51,069 bases of DNA from an uncultured Bacilli bacterium (lineage in GTDB: Bacteria > Bacillota_I > Bacilli_A > RFN20 > CAG-288): positions 1 to 51,069 of the forward strand of contig CALVYN010000004.1 in NCBI GenBank assembly GCA_944372245.1, written 5' to 3'. Shown here piece by piece: positions 9,917-18,555 of this stretch. How positions within the stretch are numbered: position 1 is the stretch's first letter; each line of letters starts with the position of its first letter. Position numbers and translations under genes: made by a program. Under the pieces are notes generated by a model. It had not been told where the DNA came from and did not search any database. It was given only the letters and a program-made list of their open reading frames with translations.

Positions 9917-12900
9917 CTAGTAGTTGCTGTTGAACGAGGCGGAGAAGGTGTAGCTGTTGGCGATGGGGTTGAAGGTGAAGTAGGCGGTGGTGCCATAGTC
10001 GTAGAAGGGGCAGCTGACCGTCTCATCCCAGGAGGCGGTGAACTCGGCCTCGCCGATGTTGGTGAAGGTCAGGGTGCCGCTGTTGTAGGTGTAGTTGAAG
10101 GTGGCTCTCTCGAGCTCCTCGCGGCTGTTGTAGTCCTTGAGGATGAAGACGCCGGTACCATCCTCATTGAACTCGACACCGAGGTAGTGAGGAGCCTCGT
10201 TATAGGTGACATAGGCATCGCTGTAGGTGTACTTCAGAACGGGGTTGGCGTAGTGCTTGGTGAAGGTGACCGACTCGGAGTTGGTGTAGCCCATGCGGAC
10301 GAGGTTGACGGCGAGGCTCTCGTAATCCAGGGCGGCATCGATGGACAGATCGGTGCGGATGTAGCCGAAGTAGGGGTCGTAGTGGCCCGCGCCGGGATCG
10401 GTGGTGGGGGTCTGACCGATTGCGATATAGGTGCCGGTCATGCCGGTGACCTCAGTGCCGCCGGTCAGGGTGAGGACGCCGTCGGTCAGGGTGTAGCTCA
10501 GGGTGTCGACATACTCGACATCGCCGTTGTTCTGGGTGATGGTCATGGTGCTGGCATCGGTATCGAAGGAGATGTGCGCACCCATGTACTCGCTGCCGTA
10601 GTCCCAGCTCTGGCTCAGGACGTTCTCGATGATGTCGTCGTTCGTTCTGGGCGGCAGGACCTCGATGGTGTAGGTCTCGGTCGTGACCAGGTCGTAGTCG
10701 GCGAAGCCGATCTTGAAGGTGTACTTGCCCTCCTTCAGACCGCGGATGACATAGCCCGCGGTGCCCTCGATGGTGGAGGAGGGACGGCGCAGCTCCAGCG
10801 CGCCGTCGGCGGGCTGACCCTGCTCGTCCTTGATGTCCTTGAGGACGAAGTTGTAGCCGTCAGGGTTGTCGGGAGTCGCGTTGATGAAGAAGCGGGCGGT
10901 GTCGGTGCCGAAGAGGATCTGACCGAAGTCGGTGGGGTGGTCAACGCGGATGGAGGCGGGCTCGCCGAAGTCGGTGTAGCGGATGATGAAGGATTTGGTC
11001 ACACCTTTGGAGGTGGTGAAGGTGACCAGGGACTTGCCCTTCACGGAGTTGCCCTGGTTGGTGAAGCTGTTGGCGACGATATAGATGTCGCTTCTAAGGT
11101 TGTTGACGGTGCAGACGGGGAGAGGAACCTCGGGGGTCACATCGCTCTCATCTCCCTGGTTGGCCAGGATGGTGTACTCGATGGGGGTGACCTTGACGGA
11201 GATGTCATCCAGCAGGACGCTGCCCGAGCCGGTCAGGCGCAGGGCAAAGCTCATGTTCGGGGTCATCGTGTAGACGGGATACCTCTGGCCCTCGTACTCC
11301 TCATAGTCAGGAATGTCCTTGGAGAGGTACTTGGTGTCATCGGTGAAATCGTACTGGTCGCTCTTCTGGCCGAACATGTTGTTGACATCGAGATAGCTGA
11401 CCAGCAGGTTGTCGATGACGATGCGGTTCTGGTAGCTCGTATCGGCGGTCTTGGTGCCGTAGGTCAGTTCGGCGGTCTCGCTCACGTAGTTGATGACCTT
11501 GGAGTCCTCTAGGACCACGGAGCTGAAGGCGTAGTAGGTCAGGCTGCCCTTACCATCGAACGCCAGGGTCAGAGAGATGGAGTTATCCAGGGTGGTGCCG
11601 AAGTTGTCGATGCTGGTGAAGACGGAGGTGATGCCGATGGCGTGGTCGGTGGAACGCACGACCATGTTGCGCTTGGCGGCGCTGTTGGCGATGGCGGGCG
11701 CACCCATGTAATCGGTGCTGGTCAGGATCTCGATAGCGTTGTTGACCAGGCCGTAGGTAGAACCATCGTCGTAGTTGAAGGCTAGGTTGGCATTCTGCTC
11801 ATATCCAGTCGCAGCGCTCTTGCTATAGACATCGTTGACATTTGTATTGCCGTAGTTGCTGGTATAGCTGAAGTTGTAGTAGCGCTCGTTCTGGATGCCG
11901 GAGTAGGCGTTGGTGACATTAATGTTGCTTCCGGTGTTGGTAGTTACGGGCTCGGTGATCGTGGTGTAGACCGCATCGGTAAAGTAATCGTACTGGATGG
12001 TCTTGTCCGAGGTCTCGGTGACATCGGTGTAGACGGGGTCGCCGGAATCATCGAAGCTGGTCTCGGTGGTGACGGTCTTGGTCGAGCGGCTGACCGTGGC
12101 CGAGGTGGCGCTCTCAGCCTCGGCGCTGACCGCGGCGGTCAGCTTTTCAGCCAGGGCGTCGATCGCCTCCTGGTTGGCGTCCTTGATCTGCAGCTTGAGC
12201 TCGCCGTAGACATACTCGGTCTGGGAGATGGGATAGCCGACCTGGAGGGTCAGAACCACATCATCCAGAGGCATCAGAACCTCGCAGACGCCGGTGGCGC
12301 GATCGACATCCACATAGCTCTCATAGGAGACGCCGGAGGTGTCGGGCAGCAGGCGGTAGAAGACGTCGCCCACAGGGGCGATGGGGTTCTCCACATCCAG
12401 GTTGTAGAGGACGTGGAAGGTCGAGTAGACATCGACGGTGTAGATGCCGCTCTCCTGGTCGAAGGTGGCCTCCTCCGCATCGATGTAGGGCAGGACCTTG
12501 GTGGGGACGTTCTTGACGGCGGAGACGGCGACCGTCCAGGTCGCGGTCTTGGCCGGATCGACGGTGGAGGCCGCCTGGATGGTGGCAGAGCCCTCCGCCA
12601 GTCCGGTCACGCAGCCGGTCTGGTCGACGCTGGCGATCTCGGGGGTCAGCGAGGTCCAGGTGACCCGGTTCTCGGGGTCACCCTCCACGCCGGCAGTCAG
12701 GGTGATCGACTGGCCCACGTTGACCGAGGTGGGACCCAGGATGCTCACGCTGGTGATGACCAGCTCCTGGCTGGAGCTCGAGTCCGAACTCGAGCTGGAC
12801 GAGGTGGAATCGGGCAGCTGAGTGCTAGGGGTCGAGGAGACAGGAGAGGAGGAGCTGTTGCCCTGCTCACCGGGGGTGCAGGCCGCGAGCGGCAGGACGA

Positions 12901-12940
12901 TTGTCGAGAGAAGACTCAACAGAAAATAGGGCTTTTTCAT
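9917..12940 (-). CDS. Large surface lipoprotein (~1007 aa) with a bacterial Ig-like (Big_2-type) domain
   Basis: Start moved to MKKPYF (ATG 12940, RBS GAAAGGA). Lipobox LPLAA-C, Ser-rich linker, then Big_2-like SVNVGQSITLTAGV...VTWTSLTPEIASVDQTGCVTGLAEGSATIQAAS. The rest is beta-rich and acidic. Confidence 0.85.
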   Translation of the reverse strand: MKKPYFLLSLLSTIVLPLAACTPGEQGNSSSSPVSSTPSTQLPDSTSSSSSSDSSSSQELVITSVSILGPTSVNVGQSITLTAGVEGDPENRVTWTSLTPEIASVDQTGCVTGLAEGSATIQAASTVDPAKTATWTVAVSAVKNVPTKVLPYIDAEEATFDQESGIYTVDVYSTFHVLYNLDVENPIAPVGDVFYRLLPDTSGVSYESYVDVDRATGVCEVLMPLDDVVLTLQVGYPISQTEYVYGELKLQIKDANQEAIDALAEKLTAAVSAEAESATSATVSRSTKTVTTETSFDDSGDPVYTDVTETSDKTIQYDYFTDAVYTTITEPVTTNTGSNINVTNAYSGIQNERYYNFSYTSNYGNTNVNDVYSKSAATGYEQNANLAFNYDDGSTYGLVNNAIEILTSTDYMGAPAIANSAAKRNMVVRSTDHAIGITSVFTSIDNFGTTLDNSISLTLAFDGKGSLTYYAFSSVVLEDSKVINYVSETAELTYGTKTADTSYQNRIVIDNLLVSYLDVNNMFGQKSDQYDFTDDTKYLSKDIPDYEEYEGQRYPVYTMTPNMSFALRLTGSGSVLLDDISVKVTPIEYTILANQGDESDVTPEVPLPVCTVNNLRSDIYIVANSFTNQGNSVKGKSLVTFTTSKGVTKSFIIRYTDFGEPASIRVDHPTDFGQILFGTDTARFFINATPDNPDGYNFVLKDIKDEQGQPADGALELRRPSSTIEGTAGYVIRGLKEGKYTFKIGFADYDLVTTETYTIEVLPPRTNDDIIENVLSQSWDYGSEYMGAHISFDTDASTMTITQNNGDVEYVDTLSYTLTDGVLTLTGGTEVTGMTGTYIAIGQTPTTDPGAGHYDPYFGYIRTDLSIDAALDYESLAVNLVRMGYTNSESVTFTKHYANPVLKYTYSDAYVTYNEAPHYLGVEFNEDGTGVFILKDYNSREELERATFNYTYNSGTLTFTNIGEAEFTASWDETVSCPFYDYGTTAYFTFNPIANSYTFSASFNSNY

Positions 12941-12973
12941 GTGTAAAACTTTCCTTTCGCTTCGACGCGATAG

Positions 12974-13002
12974 ATTATGCAACCACAGCATTTTCTTGTC
13001 AA
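12974..13002 (-). promoter_or_regulatory. Sigma-A type promoter of the Ig-domain lipoprotein gene
   Basis: Minus strand TTGACA-17 nt-CATAAT. An inverted repeat TTGTC-aaagc-GACAA (12996-13010) overlaps the -35 box. Confidence 0.7.
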
Positions 13003-13104
13003 AGCGACAATGTTTGTGTAGTGGAGGACGGGTTTAATTCGAAAGGCAATCTTTCACTAGCAAAGTAGGATTGGAAAACTAAATATCTTTATATATCTGC
13101 AAAC

Positions 13105-13130
13105 GAAAGAAGCCAGCTCGCGCTGGCTTC
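13105..13130 (-). terminator. Terminator ending the four-gene protease/lipoprotein operon
   Basis: Minus strand GAAGCCAGC-GCGA-GCTGGCTTC-TTT right after the stop at 13136. Confidence 0.75.
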
Positions 13131-13135
13131 AGAGC

Positions 13136-15139
13136 TCAGGCCTGAGCCTGAGAGAGGTACTCCTCCAGCTCAGCGACCTGAGCGTGGCCCAGATCGAAGT
13201 AGGAGAAGCTGGTCATCATCATGTTGCCGGAGGGGTCGCTGAGGTAGAGGTAGGCGGTGAGCTTGTTCATCTTGGTGGAGGGGTCATCGCCCTGCAGGCT
13301 GGTGCGGAAGCCCAGAGCGTAGGGGGTCAGGGCCTGACCGCCATAGTTGAAGATGGAGAAGTAATCGACCACCCAGGCGTTGAAGGTGGGGTCGGTATTG
13401 ACCCACATGGGCAGGCCGTAGTCGTCGAAGAGGATGTAGTTATCCAGGTCGTACATGGCCGCCCTTACCGCCTCGGTCTGGTCGCTGAAGGTGGGGTGCG
13501 AGAGGTAGCTCAGATCGTCGCTGGCGCCGTAGTACTCGCCGGTGCCGGGCAGGACGATGTCGGCCGCGTTGCCGACGCTCACCTCGCCCGTGCCATCGAT
13601 CCGGATGTCGACCACGTGGCCATCCTCGAGGAGGAAGCCGTAGTCCGAGCCGCCATAGGACTGGTTGGCGTAGCTGGCGTAGTAGTACTCGGGCGTGTAG
13701 ATGGTCTCGCTCATGTAGAGCTGGCCCAGGCCGTACTGGGCGTAGCGGCCGGTCTCGAACAGCTCCAGGGCCCGGCCGAACTCGGCCTTGTCCTGGGTGG
13801 CGGCATCGTCGCCCTCATAGAGCAGGCGGTCTACCGGGGTGTTCACGGTGCTGTTGAGATCCTTGAAGGTGACGAAGGCCGAACCCAGCTGCTGGCTGGT
13901 GGTCAGGGTCTCGTAGGGAAACTCGACGGTGAAGCTGTGGCTGTCCCAGTCGTCGATGGTGATGAGGATCTCATCGACGTGGAAGGTGTCGTCGTAGCCG
14001 ACGTTGGACAGGTTGGCGATGGCCGAGATCAGCTGGGTGTTGCTGAGGTGGTAGACAGTCTCCCCATCCTCCTCGGTCATGTAGCCCATCAGGGAGGAGG
14101 CAGTCAGATTGAGGAAGCTCTGGCCGATCTCCTGAGCCCACAGGTCGGTCATGGCCGTGCCGGAGGCGTCGGCCGCAGCGATGGCCCCGAAGACGACATC
14201 GCTGTTGTCGTCGACCTTGTAGCCCACGACGGTGTTCATATATTGGACGTAGCCCGAGCCCTCGGTGATGTCGTCGACATAGCTGAACTCAGCCTCGTCG
14301 GTGAAGAGCTTGGTGTACTTAGGCGAGGAGATGCCGGAGGACTGGACCTGGCTCAGGTCGACCTCGACGGTGTAGTTGGTCGAGGCCAGATAGGGCAGCA
14401 TGAAGGCCACGAAGCGGTCGGAGACGTAGTCCTTGGCGGTGCCGCCCTCATCCAGGAAGGTCCTCACCAGGGACAGCTCGGTGGTGCCTACCTGGGTGAA
14501 GGTCGCGCTGACGGTATCCTGGTGGCCGCCTTCGTAGACCAGGCCGACGCCCTCGCTCTGCAGGGCGTTGCCGACTGCGCGGAACCTCAGGGAGGTGGGG
14601 TTGGAGGAGCCCTCGGTGTAGAGCATGCACATCTCGCGCATGATGGCGTCGTTGGCCTCGCTCACGCCGAACTGGTAGGTGTACCAGCCATCCTCGTCCG
14701 CCTGGGCGGGCAGCGCATCCAGGTCGATGTCCTTGAAGGTCGTGCGGAAGTCGGTGATGTCGGTGTAGCGCATGCCGGTGAAGGAGTCGATCGAGGGGGC
14801 CTGGGACTCGACGTGGCGGTCCTGGTTGGCGCCCTCGTAGGTGTAGGGGAAGATCAGGCCGTCGCCCTGGGCGACAGCGTTGAAGCCGAAGTAGCCATCG
14901 GTCTCGATGGCGTAGTCGGTGTAGTAGGTGTGCTGGGTGTAGTCTCTGGCCGCCCCGGCGTAGGAGAGGTCGTACTCCGCGGTGAAGTTGCCCTGGGCGA
15001 GGTTTTGAAACACCCGCTGCAGGGAGTTCAGCTCGGCGGTCTCCGCCTGTCTGACAGGGGTCTCAACGCCCTGGGTCAGGGTCGAGCAGCCGGTGGCGAG
15101 AAACAGGGCGGGCAGGGCGAGAAGCAGATATCTCTTCAT
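13136..15139 (-). CDS. Uncharacterised lipoprotein (667 aa), three internally repeated modules
   Basis: Lipobox MKRYLLLALPALFLATG-C; RBS GGAGG; 2 nt from the upstream stop; coding-type codon bias; repeated NF/YT...GTT-like modules. Confidence 0.85.
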   Translation of the reverse strand: MKRYLLLALPALFLATGCSTLTQGVETPVRQAETAELNSLQRVFQNLAQGNFTAEYDLSYAGAARDYTQHTYYTDYAIETDGYFGFNAVAQGDGLIFPYTYEGANQDRHVESQAPSIDSFTGMRYTDITDFRTTFKDIDLDALPAQADEDGWYTYQFGVSEANDAIMREMCMLYTEGSSNPTSLRFRAVGNALQSEGVGLVYEGGHQDTVSATFTQVGTTELSLVRTFLDEGGTAKDYVSDRFVAFMLPYLASTNYTVEVDLSQVQSSGISSPKYTKLFTDEAEFSYVDDITEGSGYVQYMNTVVGYKVDDNSDVVFGAIAAADASGTAMTDLWAQEIGQSFLNLTASSLMGYMTEEDGETVYHLSNTQLISAIANLSNVGYDDTFHVDEILITIDDWDSHSFTVEFPYETLTTSQQLGSAFVTFKDLNSTVNTPVDRLLYEGDDAATQDKAEFGRALELFETGRYAQYGLGQLYMSETIYTPEYYYASYANQSYGGSDYGFLLEDGHVVDIRIDGTGEVSVGNAADIVLPGTGEYYGASDDLSYLSHPTFSDQTEAVRAAMYDLDNYILFDDYGLPMWVNTDPTFNAWVVDYFSIFNYGGQALTPYALGFRTSLQGDDPSTKMNKLTAYLYLSDPSGNMMMTSFSYFDLGHAQVAELEEYLSQAQA

Positions 15140-15141
15140 GA

Positions 15142-16929
15142 TTAGCGTGCCTCCGTATCGGTCAGCGCGGCGAAGGTCTCATCCAGCGCGCTGACGCTGG
15201 TGGTCCCGATCTGGGAGATGGCCATGTTCATCTGGACCTGGTTAGCGGGATCCTCGGGGTTGTTGGCGTACAGGCGGATGTCGCACCCGTCGATGGCCTG
15301 GTCCGCGCCGCGGTGGATGATGGTCTCGCCGCGGGTGACGTCGCTGACCCAGGAGTCGCCGGGGACGAAGCCGAAGCCGAACAGGCCGTAGCCCAGGGTG
15401 GAGAGGACCGAGGCGTCGGTGGTGTAGTAGGTATCCGCCGCCTTGGGATCCTTCTCCATGTAGAAGCGGGCGATGTGGCCGATGGTGGCGGCCGAGGTGT
15501 AGAAGGTGGCGCTGTTGGTGATGTAGAAGTCGGAGACATCGTCGTACCAGTCGGTGTAGGGCGTGAAGCCGTAGGTGTCGTTGACCGCGTCGATGACCGT
15601 CCACTGGTAGGCGACGTTCTCCGCGGTGACGATGTAGAGCCAGCCCTCATGGCGCTGCTCCTCGGGCAGGGCCATGAGCTCCTCCTTGGTGTCGACCTGG
15701 ACGAACTTGACCGTGTCTGTCTCGTTGGGTCCGAGGCGGGAGATGAAGTGGGGCTGGCCGTCGACGAAGTCGAAGTCGTAACAGGCGGAGTAGGGGACCG
15801 AGGTCACCTCGCTGGGGGCGTAGGTGCCATCAGCCTGCCTGGTCTCCAGCTGGATCTCGACCCCGGCGGGGACGAACATGTAGCCGAAGTCGGTGTAGCC
15901 CTGCTGGTTGTAGGTATCGGTGTAGTCGATCAGGAAGTAGTTCTCCGTCAGCTGGGCATCGAAGGTGGAGAAGGTGCCGCCCTGGTTGGTCACGGTGGGG
16001 TGGATGGTGTAGTTATCCTGGTTCAGCATGCCCTCGTACAGGGTGACGATATCCTGATAGTAGGGCACGCCCTGAATCGTTCCATCCTCCAGCGCCTGGT
16101 CCAGGTCGTCATACTCGGTCTCCATCAGGGGCGTGAAGTCGGAGACGATTGAGCCGCGGTCGCCCAGACCGATGGTGACGCGGAAGCTGTTGGTGTAGGG
16201 GTCGGTGATGGTCAGGCGGCACTCGGTCATCAGCGAGGCGATGGACGAGCCCATCTGGGTCATGAACTGGAAGATCGTGTAGGTCGAGGAGGAGGTGATG
16301 AGGTATTCGGTCTCGCTCAGCTTGATGCCGGTCAGCTCGTCCAGGGTGGTGTCGGAGATGTTGTTCAGGCCCGCGATGCCGAAGACGCCGTAGAGGTCGG
16401 TCATCGGCTCGGGCTCATCGCCGGTGTAGTCGACGTACTCATACAGGGAGGCGCGGTAGCGGTCCAGGCCCTCCTGATCCTCGTCCACATAGAAGCGGAA
16501 GACGTTCTTATCGGCGCCATCCGCCTCCTCGGCCAGGCCGAAGCTGGCGGCGGGGTCGGTCAGGTTCTCCTCGTAGAAGTAGTGTTCGCCGTAGTGGTCG
16601 ACCACCTGGGAGGTCGCTCCGTCGATGTTGTAGGTGGTGGCGTAGGTGTAGGTCCTGAGATCCTTAAAGCCTTCGAGCAGGGTCTTCAGAGCCGAGACGT
16701 CGGTCATATCGACCTCGGCCTCGTCGTCGTACTGGCCGCCGCCCAGCTCGTCCTCACCCACCGGGGGCAGGTCGGGGTCGGGGGTGGAGGAGGAAGAAGA
16801 CGAGGAAGAGCTCGCGCCGGTGGAGACGGGAGTGGAGGAGGAAGAGGAGGTGTGGGAGGTCTGGCCTCCGGGCTGGCAGGAGGCGACGACGATCAGGGGC
16901 AACAGCAGCAGAAGTCTCTTGTTTCGCAT
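15142..16929 (-). CDS. Uncharacterised lipoprotein (595 aa), two related modules
   Basis: Lipobox MRNKRLLLLLPLIVVAS-C, poly-Ser linker, RBS GGAGG; operonic spacing of 2 nt. Confidence 0.85.
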   Translation of the reverse strand: MRNKRLLLLLPLIVVASCQPGGQTSHTSSSSSTPVSTGASSSSSSSSSTPDPDLPPVGEDELGGGQYDDEAEVDMTDVSALKTLLEGFKDLRTYTYATTYNIDGATSQVVDHYGEHYFYEENLTDPAASFGLAEEADGADKNVFRFYVDEDQEGLDRYRASLYEYVDYTGDEPEPMTDLYGVFGIAGLNNISDTTLDELTGIKLSETEYLITSSSTYTIFQFMTQMGSSIASLMTECRLTITDPYTNSFRVTIGLGDRGSIVSDFTPLMETEYDDLDQALEDGTIQGVPYYQDIVTLYEGMLNQDNYTIHPTVTNQGGTFSTFDAQLTENYFLIDYTDTYNQQGYTDFGYMFVPAGVEIQLETRQADGTYAPSEVTSVPYSACYDFDFVDGQPHFISRLGPNETDTVKFVQVDTKEELMALPEEQRHEGWLYIVTAENVAYQWTVIDAVNDTYGFTPYTDWYDDVSDFYITNSATFYTSAATIGHIARFYMEKDPKAADTYYTTDASVLSTLGYGLFGFGFVPGDSWVSDVTRGETIIHRGADQAIDGCDIRLYANNPEDPANQVQMNMAISQIGTTSVSALDETFAALTDTEAR

Positions 16930-16931
16930 CT

Positions 16932-18548
16932 CTAGTGCACCTCCGTGAGGTCCTCGACCGTGACGGTCGCAGACAGGGTTGAACCGTCGTTGAGGGTGTC
17001 CTCGTTCAGGAAGAAGTCGGCATACGTGGCGAAGGAGAAGGTGTCGCCCTCGCCGAAGTAGGAGCGGGCGGTCTGGAAGCCGCCGGTGGAGAAGGTGTTC
17101 TTGCCCTCGGCCTCGATCAGGCGGATTTCGTCGTAGGGGAAGACCTCAATGTCGAGGTTGAGGTCGTAGTAGTACTGGTTGTAGTCGACCGAGTTGGTGA
17201 TGGGGAGGATGAAGCCCTCGCCCTCGCTCAGCTCGGTGCCCTGGGCCTCGGTGGTCACATACTGGCGGGCGATCTCGTCGTAGCGGGTCACGAAGCGGCG
17301 GTTGTCGATATGGTAGATGCGCACGCCGGCTCTTTCGGGAGGCAGGGGGCGCTGGGCCACGGGGTACTCCCGGTCGAGAGCGTTGACGCCGGTGGGGGAG
17401 TACAGCTCGATGAGGATGTACTCGCTGAAGGGGTCGAAGACGCCATCCTCGACGGTCTGACCATCGGGCAGGAGGACGATGAAGCTGTTCTCCTGGTCCG
17501 CGGTCAGGGTGATGGTGGCGTCGCCCGAGACTACGTAGGGCTTCTCCCAGCCCAGCAGCATCTTGGTGTAGGCGTTGTGGTCGCCGATGTTGCCATCCAT
17601 CATGTCGACCTTGCCGACGGGGTTGTAGAAGGAGCGGTCGGAGTAGTAGTCGTTCAGGCCGAGGAAGTGGCCGGTCTCGTGGATGTAGGTGTGGGCGTCG
17701 GGATGGTCCTCGTAGGTGTCGTACATGAAGTCGTAGGAGGCCCAGCCGAAGAGGTTGTAGGCGTACTGGTTCAGATCGGGGTTGGGCGTGACCGACTGGT
17801 TGCCCCAGGAGGTGTAGGCCCAGAAGTTCTGGTCGTCGGTCATCGGGCCGTTGCGGCTGTAGTCCTCGGCCGAGTAGATGACCCAGATGCCGTCGTAGAA
17901 GCCATCCTTGTCGCTGTCGAAGTCCCGGCGGGACAAATGGTAGGTCTTGAAGGCCCAGCTGACCGCATCCTGGACTAGGTCGTAGGTCGCATCGATGGTG
18001 ACCTGGGCAGAGGCGGTGATGCCGGAGAGAGAGGCGTCGTACCAGTCGGTCACGGTGCCCGAGAGGCGCAGCTGGCCGTGGGAGGACTCCTCGTAGAAGG
18101 AGGCGACGGAGTGGATGCCCTCGGCGGTCTCCTCGCCGAAGAAGGCCTGCTCGATGTCGCTCTTGACCGCCGCCTGCTTCTCCTCCTGGGAGAGGGTGGC
18201 GGGCAGATCGGCCTCGGCGAAGCTCTTGTAGTCGGGCATCAGCACGGGGATGACCAGCAGGTTGACATCGCCCTTGGAGGGCAGGACCTGGGTGTTGTAG
18301 AAGCGGTCGTCCTCGATGGAGTGGAGGTCGTCGGCCAGGGTCACCTCATCCGGGGAGAGGACCTGTCCGCCCTCGGCTCCATCGATGCGGATGGTGGCTG
18401 AGTCGGCCGTAGGCTGGACGACGCTGCTGGAGGACGACGAGGAGGAAGAGGAGGTGGCGGAGGAGCTGCTGTCACCCTTGCTCGCCTGGCAGGAAGCCAG
18501 AGCCAGAGGCAGGGCCAGCAGCCCGATTAGATAGCTCTTTCGATTCAT
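16932..18548 (-). CDS. M6 family (immune inhibitor A-like) zinc metalloprotease lipoprotein
   Basis: Lipobox LALAS-C, poly-Ser linker, LPSKGDVNLLVIPV, SVASFYEESSHG, DSDKDGFYDG, zinc motif HETGHFLGLNDYY, Met-turn DMMD. Confidence 0.9.
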   Translation of the reverse strand: MNRKSYLIGLLALPLALASCQASKGDSSSSATSSSSSSSSSSVVQPTADSATIRIDGAEGGQVLSPDEVTLADDLHSIEDDRFYNTQVLPSKGDVNLLVIPVLMPDYKSFAEADLPATLSQEEKQAAVKSDIEQAFFGEETAEGIHSVASFYEESSHGQLRLSGTVTDWYDASLSGITASAQVTIDATYDLVQDAVSWAFKTYHLSRRDFDSDKDGFYDGIWVIYSAEDYSRNGPMTDDQNFWAYTSWGNQSVTPNPDLNQYAYNLFGWASYDFMYDTYEDHPDAHTYIHETGHFLGLNDYYSDRSFYNPVGKVDMMDGNIGDHNAYTKMLLGWEKPYVVSGDATITLTADQENSFIVLLPDGQTVEDGVFDPFSEYILIELYSPTGVNALDREYPVAQRPLPPERAGVRIYHIDNRRFVTRYDEIARQYVTTEAQGTELSEGEGFILPITNSVDYNQYYYDLNLDIEVFPYDEIRLIEAEGKNTFSTGGFQTARSYFGEGDTFSFATYADFFLNEDTLNDGSTLSATVTVEDLTEVH

Positions 18549-18555
18549 GATCTGC

